From assembly GCA_963836185.1 (NCBI GenBank), contig CAWIIQ010000001.1:1888001-1952000 (forward strand): 64,000 nt of DNA, given 5' to 3'. The translations under genes were made by a program, and so were the position numbers. Source of the stretch: Candidatus Krumholzibacteriia bacterium. Its GTDB lineage: Bacteria; Krumholzibacteriota; Krumholzibacteriia; Krumholzibacteriales; Krumholzibacteriaceae. The notes under the pieces were generated by a model. It saw nothing but the letters and a program-made list of their open reading frames with translations. It searched no databases and had not been told where the DNA came from. Position 1 is the first letter of the stretch. Each line of letters starts with the position of its first letter. Positions 61,891 through 64,000 of the stretch are shown in pieces.

Positions 61891-63858
61891 ATGACCAGGA
61901 ACAAGGTTCTACTGGTGGTTGTCCTGATCGCGATCGCAGTGGTCGCCTACTTCGCCTTCTTCCATCCTCCCACAGGCCGTGAAGGCGCCGAAGGGACGAT
62001 AGGAGTGGTGGAAAAGCACCGTGACCAGCAGATGAGCGACGAGGACGTAGTACTGAATTTCGAGGGGGATTACGAGTCGGAATACACTATCGACAATATC
62101 ATCTCCCCTGAGGAAATGGCTGCTCTGTTCGAGCGCACTAATATGCAGGAAAAGGCCAATCTCATGCAGAGGGTCTCGATCCAGCAGAAGGCGGAGCTGG
62201 CCGATCTCGTCCCGACGCAGGAACGCGTCTCTATGGTCGAGCGCGCCACTCCGATGGAACGTGTCTCCATGTTCCAGCGTTTCTCGATCCAGGATCGAAC
62301 CAGCATCATGAAGAGACTGTCGATGACCATGGAAGCGTTCAACAAGCTGCCCATGCAGGAAAAATCAGCTCTCATGATGGAAAAGTTCTCTGTCCAGGAG
62401 AAATCCTCCCTGATGCAGACGGCTACCATCCAGGAGAAGGCCGCCATCATGGAGAGGCTCTCCATCCAGAAAAGGGCCGATATCATGATGCGCGCCTCGA
62501 TCCAGCAGAAGGCCGCGATATTCAACCGCACCTCGATCCAGGAGCGCCTCGACATCATGGAGCGCTGCTCGATCCAGCAGAAGGCATCGATATTCAATCG
62601 TGCCTCGAGTGCTGAGCAGGCCTCGATGTTCGAGAAAGCTACATTCATGGAGAAGGCGGCGATATTCAATCGCACCAACGTCCAGGAGCGCATGAGATCA
62701 TGAACAGGCTTTCCGTTCAGGACCGGACCTCCCTGATGAAGAGATCGTCGATCACGATGGAAGCCTTCGACAAGCTCCCGGCGCAGGAGAAGTCCGCCGT
62801 CATGATGGAGAAGTTCTCGATCCAGGAGAAGGCCCAGTTGATGGACAGGTTCTCGATCCAGGAGAAGGCCAACATAATGCAGAGAGCCTCTGTCACGGAA
62901 CGCGCGAATATCATGCAGCGCGCCTCGATCACGGAGAGAGCCTCTATCATGCAGAGGACCAGCATCATGGGCAGGACCTCTTTCACCTTCGAGCGGGCCT
63001 CGGTCCATGGAACGCGCCGATATAATGCAGCGCGCATCGGTCACGGAAAAAGCGGCGATCTTCGATCATGCCACGGTCCAGGAACGTATGGAGCTCATGA
63101 GCAGGCTTTCCGTTCAGGATCGGACCTCGCTGATGAAGAAATCATCGATAACGATGGAAGCCTTCGACAAGCTCCCGATGCAGGAAAAATTCTCGGTCAT
63201 GAACAAGTTCTCGGTACAGGAGAAGGCCGCCATGATGGAGAAGTTCTCGGTACAGGAAAAATCCAGCATCATGGAGCGCACCTCGATCCAGATGAGAACC
63301 TCGCTGATGGAACGCGCGTCGATCCAGCAGAAAGCCTCGATCATGGAGAGGGTCAATATCCAGGAGCGGGCGTTTGTCTTCCAGAGGGCCTCGGTCATGG
63401 AGAAGGCGAACGTGTTCGCCAGGGCCACTGCCCAGGAGCAGGTCGACATGTTCGCTCGCTGCTGCATGCAGGAAAAGGCCGCGATATTCAACCGCACCTC
63501 GGTACAGGAGCGCACCGAACTTATGCAGCGCCTCTCTGTCCAGGACCGCACTTCGGTACTCAACCGGGCCGCGATCACGATGGAAGCCTTTGAAAAGCTC
63601 CCGATGCAGGAGAAGGCCGCCGTCATGATGGAGAAGTTCTCGGTACAGGAGAAGGCCCAGCTGATGGACAGGTTCTCGGTACAGGAGAGAGTCAGCATAA
63701 TGGGGCGTGCATCAGTCATGGAGAAGGCCTCGATATTCAACAGGGCCTCGATCACCGAGAAAGCCAGCATCATGGGACGCTTCTCGGTGCAGGAAAGAGC
63801 CTCTGTATTCAACAGGGCCTCGGTCATGGAGAGGTCGTCGATAAGCAGGGAAATCTAG
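61891..63858 (+). CDS. Membrane-anchored Met-rich 12-aa tandem-repeat protein, ~655 aa; compensating frameshifts near 62694 and 63005
   Basis: N-terminal TM, then about 48 units of (M/F)x(R/K)xS(I/V)(Q/T/M)E(K/R)xx(I/L/V) across ORFs 61891-62703, 62700-~63005 and 63007-63858. Both indels can be located by comparison with sister repeats. Confidence 0.8.
62104..63855 (+). repeat. Degenerate 36-bp coding tandem repeat with a ~400-430-bp higher-order repeat
   Basis: Recurrent TCGATCCAGGAGAAGGCC-like units. The block RxS(I/V)QDRTS..ITMEAFxKLPxQEK starts near 62275, 62703, 63100 and 63526. Confidence 0.85.
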
Positions 63859-63901
63859 GGGTCCCTCGCACTTTTGATATGAAGCGGAAGAGGGGATGAG
63901 T

Positions 63902-63948
63902 GGTAGGAAGGAGCAGCCCGGCACCGACCGGGCTGCCTCCTTCCTGCC
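63902..63948 (+). terminator. Long hairpin after the repeat gene
   Basis: GGTAGGAAGGAGCAGCCCGG-CACCGA-CCGGGCTGCCTCCTTCCTGCC, about 20 bp with one bulge; short U-tract. Confidence 0.6.
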
Positions 63949-64000
63949 GCGTTTCAGTCAAAGGAAGGATATGAGAGGTTTCAAATCGACCGCCGGCCTG

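Noticed and set aside
5700-63020. Programmed frameshifting or selenocysteine/pyrrolysine read-through at the broken genes
   Set aside because: The breaks are frame changes at unrelated positions without a shared slippery motif, not in-frame TGA/TAG at catalytic sites.
62070-63827. Long antisense ORFs (62070-63044, 63114-63827) over the repeat gene
   Set aside because: Expected shadow of biased codon use in the sense repeats; no RBS or independent features.
62104-63855. 36-bp periodic repeats as a CRISPR array or non-coding repeat array
   Set aside because: Units are degenerate with synonymous-type variation, have no unique spacers, keep a coding frame, and no cas genes are present.
56668-63858. 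RiPP cluster: ATP-grasp and SagB-like enzyme acting on the Ser/Thr/Lys/Glu-rich repeat protein as a multicore precursor
   Set aside because: The enzymes are in a divergent operon 3-5 kb away. The ATP-grasp does not look like a RimK/MvdD-type graspetide synthetase, there is no YcaO, dedicated protease or RiPP exporter, and the repeat protein has a membrane anchor rather than a leader.

Overview
GC-rich chromosomal region from a Gram-negative bacterium: many lipoproteins, outer-membrane barrels ending in Phe, and an anaerobic sulfatase maturase. The gene content resembles FCB/Latescibacterota-Krumholzibacteriota sediment bacteria, but that is only an impression. I see no rRNA, tRNA, CRISPR array, integrase or transposase. 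About 20 single-base frameshifts break otherwise intact genes, most likely uncorrected long-read errors, so I reconstructed genes across them. Main content: mnmA; a maltodextrin-type ABC system scattered over 54 kb with a lipoprotein amylo-1,6-glucosidase; two Cys-less thiolase-fold genes with two DUF35 genes; a GT4-CapA-GT4-CapK polysaccharide cluster; a minus-strand block (alternative-oxidase-like protein, acid phosphatase, RND pump, NYN protein, Ser-type sulfatase, PPIase-less trigger-factor paralog, anSME); an ECF/Spy/RND envelope module; and an RsbW-STAS-ECF-anti-sigma module. Best candidates for new biology: (1) a ~655-aa membrane-anchored, ~10% Met protein of 12-residue repeats that shares the promoter motif CCAACTTT-N12-CTGTATTTA with the neighbouring ECF sigma gene; (2) the trigger-factor paralog coupled to the sulfatase maturase; (3) a uORF plus three-hairpin leader in front of a basic hypothetical protein.
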